From an uncultured Planctomycetia bacterium (lineage in GTDB: Bacteria > Omnitrophota > Gorgyraeia > 2-02-FULL-51-18): 64,000 bases of DNA. A program made the translations under genes and the position numbers. The notes under the pieces are model-generated. The model was not told the origin of the DNA and searched no databases. It saw only the letters and a list, made by a program, of their open reading frames with translations. Position 1 is the first letter of the stretch. The number at the start of each line of letters is the position of its first letter. The stretch spans positions 36,204 through 100,203 of the forward strand of contig CAZXLF010000003.1 in assembly GCA_964642015.1 (NCBI GenBank), in the 5' to 3' direction. Below, in pieces: positions 60,891-64,000 of the stretch.

Positions 60891-61946
60891 ATGTCCCGGA
60901 TCAAAGAAAAAAAAGAAGAAAAGAGGGAAGAAAAATCTACACCCAAAGAAGTCGCATCTGAAAAAAAGAAGGCAATAGATGCGGCGGTCCTACAGATCGA
61001 GAAGCATTTTGGAAAAGGCTCGATCATGACGCTTGGAAAACACGCCAAGGCGGATGTTCCTGCGATTCCTACCGGTGCGATAGCGCTGGATGTGGCGCTG
61101 GGCGTGGGCGGTATGCCTCGCGGCCGTGTCATAGAAATATTTGGACCTGAATCCAGCGGAAAGACGACTCTAACGCTCAGCATTATCGCACAATCTCAAA
61201 AAAGAAAAGGGGCAGCCGCTTTCATCGATGCGGAACATGCATTTGACACCACTTATGCAAAAAAACTCGGAGTGAACCTGGATGAACTTTTGGTCTCTCA
61301 ACCGGATACCGGAGAGCAGGCGCTTGAGATCACCGAAATGCTTGTCCGTTCCAACGCGGTCGATGTTATTGTTGTTGATTCAGTTGCGGCGCTTGTTCCG
61401 AAAGCGGAGATCGAAGGCGAAATGGGCGCTTCACACATGGGTTTACAGGCAAGGTTGATGAGTCAGGCTTTGAGAAAACTCACCGCCGCAATTGCCAAAT
61501 CCAAAGCCACCTTGATATTCATTAATCAATTGAGAGAGAAACTCGGGATCATGTTCGGAAACCCTGAGACAACTCCGGGCGGCAGAGCGCTTAAATTCTA
61601 CTCTTCGGTGCGGCTTGACATCCGCCGTATTGCTCAGATCAAGCGCGGCGAAGAAATCGTTGGCGGGCGCGTACGCGTCAAAGTCGTCAAGAATAAAGTC
61701 GCCGCACCGTTCAAGCAGGCCGAATTCGACCTTATGTACGATGAAGGCGTTTCGGCGGCCGGAAGTATTCTTGATACCGCCGAAACTTATGAGATCACTA
61801 AGCAAAGCGGCAGTTGGATCGTTTACGGGGAAGAGAAACTTGGCCAAGGCCGTGAGAACGCAAAAGCGTTCCTGCGTGAAAATCCAAAGGTCATGAACGA
61901 GCTTGAGAAACGGATCTTGGAGAAGGTTTCTGCTCCAAATTCGTAA
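60891..61946 (+). CDS. recA: Recombinase RecA with a Lys/Glu-rich N-terminal extension
   Basis: GGAGG RBS before [15 protein letters not shown]. Then the canonical [20 protein letters not shown], Walker [10 protein letters not shown] and the L2 loop. The ORF track's earlier start 60831 lacks an RBS. Confidence 0.93.
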   Translation: MSRIKEKKEEKREEKSTPKEVASEKKKAIDAAVLQIEKHFGKGSIMTLGKHAKADVPAIPTGAIALDVALGVGGMPRGRVIEIFGPESSGKTTLTLSIIAQSQKRKGAAAFIDAEHAFDTTYAKKLGVNLDELLVSQPDTGEQALEITEMLVRSNAVDVIVVDSVAALVPKAEIEGEMGASHMGLQARLMSQALRKLTAAIAKSKATLIFINQLREKLGIMFGNPETTPGGRALKFYSSVRLDIRRIAQIKRGEEIVGGRVRVKVVKNKVAAPFKQAEFDLMYDEGVSAAGSILDTAETYEITKQSGSWIVYGEEKLGQGRENAKAFLRENPKVMNELEKRILEKVSAPNS

Positions 61947-61964
61947 TTTTAAATAGAATTACGG

Positions 61965-62003
61965 ACAATATCCCGCTCTTTTAGTCTCATCCAAGAGGGC
62001 GGG
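61965..62003 (+). terminator. Weak terminator/attenuator hairpin between recA and recX
   Basis: Imperfect stem CCCGCTCTT...AAGAGGGCGGG followed by a T-rich stretch. Confidence 0.3.
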
Positions 62004-62037
62004 AATTGTTCTTTTATGTCTGATTGTAGGTTAGAGC

Positions 62038-62562
62038 ATGCAACAGTCAAGTAAATCTCGTGAGGAAACTCAGGAAGAGGCGCTTTTAAAGATCAAAAGC
62101 GACGCCTTGAGGCTTTTGTCGTTCGGCGCCAGAAGCGCCGCAGAACTTCGCTCGCGGCTTAAATTAAAAAAATATTCCGCTGGCTTGATCGATGAGACAG
62201 TCGAGTCGTTCCAGAAACAAGGCCTGATCGATGATGAAAAATTCGCGAAACTTTTTGCCGAATCACGCGTTTATAACAGACCTTCCGGAAAAAAACAACT
62301 TGAAATGGATCTCAAGAAAAAAGGGCTTTCGGGTGAACTGATCCGGAAGACCGTTGAGAGCCTAAAAGATTATGATGAGAAGGAAATGATCCGCGGACTT
62401 GTCGCAAAACGGCTTAAGACCATGTCGGGAGTAACAAAAGAAAAAAAGAAAATGCGTCTTTATGGTTTTTTAAAACGCCGAGGTTTTGAATCAGATGCGA
62501 TCTTTTCGGTAATGAATGAATTTTTTTCTGGAAGAATGGGAGAGGCTGGTTTTGAAGACTGA
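62038..62562 (+). CDS. recX: Regulatory protein RecX
   Basis: Three-helix repeats of the RecX type (ALRLLSFGARSAAELRSRL...). Position immediately after recA. Confidence 0.8.
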   Translation: MQQSSKSREETQEEALLKIKSDALRLLSFGARSAAELRSRLKLKKYSAGLIDETVESFQKQGLIDDEKFAKLFAESRVYNRPSGKKQLEMDLKKKGLSGELIRKTVESLKDYDEKEMIRGLVAKRLKTMSGVTKEKKKMRLYGFLKRRGFESDAIFSVMNEFFSGRMGEAGFED

Positions 62563-64000
62563 TGATTTGAGAAAAAAATATCTGGATTTTTTCAGATCAA
62601 AAGAACACAAGGTATTCTCGAGCGATTCGCTTGTGCCGGCGGATGACCCGTCGCTTTTATTCACAGGCGCCGGCATGAACCAGTTCAAGCCTTATTTCCT
62701 CGGATTAAAAAAAGATGTGAAGCGTGCGACCAGCTGCCAGAAATGTCTCCGCACGGCTGACCTTGATCGTGTGGGCAAAACGGCGTATCACCACAGTTTT
62801 TTTGAAATGCTGGGCAACTTTTCTTTCGGCGATTATTTCAAAGAAGAAGCGATCGGATGGGGATGGGAATTTGTGACCAAAGAGCTGCGTTTACCGAAAG
62901 AAAAACTTTGGGTTTCGGTTTACCAAGAGGATGATGAAGCGTTCGGTATTTGGAAGAGCAAGATGAACTTGCCTGAATCAAGGATCGTGCGTATGGGTCC
63001 TGAAGATAATTTTTGGCCGGCCAACGCACCCAAAGACGGGCCCAACGGACCTTGCGGACCGTGTTCCGAGATCTATGTCGGCGAAACGCCCGGAAAAGGC
63101 GTCGAGATATGGAATCTTGTGTTCACGCAATTTGACCGCCAATCCGATGGCTCGCTCAAGCCGCTGCCTCAGAAGAATATCGATACCGGAATGGGTTTGG
63201 AACGCACAGCGGCAGTATTGCAGGGCGTAGCCAGCAATTTCGATACGGACAATTTTCAAAAAATCAGGACCGAGCTTAAGCGTTTGCTTAAAACAGGTTC
63301 AAACGAGAAAGCGCATGAAAATGCTGTGATGGATCATATTCGCGCAATTGTCTTTTCTATTGCCGATGGTGTGCTTCCATCAAATGAGGGGCGTGGATAT
63401 GTTATTCGAAAAATTATCCGTCTAGCAAGTGACCATTTTCAACGTGCAGGCGCCATTAATCCAGGCTCTTTGCACACACTTATACCAGTTGTAACAGCAA
63501 TTTATGGAAATACTTACCCAAATCTATTAAGCAGTCAGAAGACTATTGAAGCAATCGTCATGGGAGAAGAGGGTAATTATTTATTCTTAAGAACAGGAAT
63601 GCTTCCAAAGCTTAGACAGAGCTTGTTAGAGTGCAAGGAAAAAAACTCTGAAAAACAATTTGATATCATTCTTGCATCAATCGCTTTTTTGTATTATGAC
63701 ACTCACGGTTTACCATTCGAACTAATTCAGGAAACAGCTGCTGAGGTTGGTGTAAATTTAAATGCAGAATCATTCAATAGGTTTCTTGAGGAGCAGAGAG
63801 AAAGGTCTAGGCAGTCAAGTAAGATCACTGGCGAAATTTTTTCAAAAAAAGGTTCTTATCACCTAATTGATGGATTGCCGAGTACGATATTTTTGGGGTA
63901 TGAGAAAACCAAAGATCAAGGCAGGCTTTTGAAAATCATCACGCAAGATATTGTTGTCGATACGTTAAAGGCCGGAGAAGAAGGGCTTTTGATCTTCGAC
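62516..64000 (+). CDS. alaS: Alanine--tRNA ligase, 3'-truncated by the window edge
   Basis: YLDFFRSKEHKVFSSDSLVPADDPSLLFTGAGMNQFKPYFLG, then the class-II aaRS motif FEMLGNFSFGDYFK, and a frame open to the window end. The start is either ATG 62516 or TTG 62552. Confidence 0.9.
   Translation, partial: MNFFLEEWERLVLKTDDLRKKYLDFFRSKEHKVFSSDSLVPADDPSLLFTGAGMNQFKPYFLGLKKDVKRATSCQKCLRTADLDRVGKTAYHHSFFEMLGNFSFGDYFKEEAIGWGWEFVTKELRLPKEKLWVSVYQEDDEAFGIWKSKMNLPESRIVRMGPEDNFWPANAPKDGPNGPCGPCSEIYVGETPGKGVEIWNLVFTQFDRQSDGSLKPLPQKNIDTGMGLERTAAVLQGVASNFDTDNFQKIRTELKRLLKTGSNEKAHENAVMDHIRAIVFSIADGVLPSNEGRGYVIRKIIRLASDHFQRAGAINPGSLHTLIPVVTAIYGNTYPNLLSSQKTIEAIVMGEEGNYLFLRTGMLPKLRQSLLECKEKNSEKQFDIILASIAFLYYDTHGLPFELIQETAAEVGVNLNAESFNRFLEEQRERSRQSSKITGEIFSKKGSYHLIDGLPSTIFLGYEKTKDQGRLLKIITQDIVVDTLKAGEEGLLIFD

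Noticed and set aside
62516-62562. 47-nt overlap of recX and alaS as a possible programmed feature
   Set aside because: It is more simply explained by start-codon ambiguity: TTG at 62552 gives only a 10-nt overlap and matches the usual AlaS N-terminus.

Overview
This is a compact bacterial chromosomal segment of about 50% GC; almost every gene is on the + strand, with many 1-4 nt start/stop overlaps. The core gene order is recJ(3' part), rpmB(-), recG, rsmD, a BamE-like protein, a low-GC accessory island (about 5.2-14.8 kb), sdhC-sdhA-sdhB (B-type succinate dehydrogenase / fumarate reductase), a membrane protein, an MqnA/MqnD-family gene and an Acs-like ligase. Next come a STI1/DP-like small protein, a Ca-binding-repeat secreted protein, yfcH-like, rplM-rpsI and a 15.5 kb co-directional biosynthetic supercluster: argC-argJ-argB-argD-argF-argG-argH, lysA, dapF-dapA-dapB-dapL, folK, panC-panD and an aspartate dehydrogenase. 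The rest is an ECF sigma / anti-sigma pair, tRNA-Pro(CGG), an MFS transporter, nudix, a DUF486 protein, ogt, acyP, ligA, a lipoprotein, xerD, rbfA-truB-ribF, rpsO-pnp-dut-ftsK, rodZ-like, rimO, pgsA-pgpA, a GATase1 protein, cinA(-), recA-recX and the alaS 5' part. The accessory island carries a frameshifted transglutaminase-like pseudogene, a PEP-CTERM/HAF-repeat surface protein, several small hypothetical proteins, a secreted Ig-like protein, a Ste24-like M48 peptidase, a MORN-like protein and an orphan QueC-like PP-loop ATPase with N- and C-terminal extensions behind an extremely AT-rich promoter region. That QueC-like gene is the most unusual element in the window. I saw no CRISPR array, rRNA, transposase or integrase. 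All calls rest on motif recognition in the supplied translations and on reading the raw sequence; no database search was possible.
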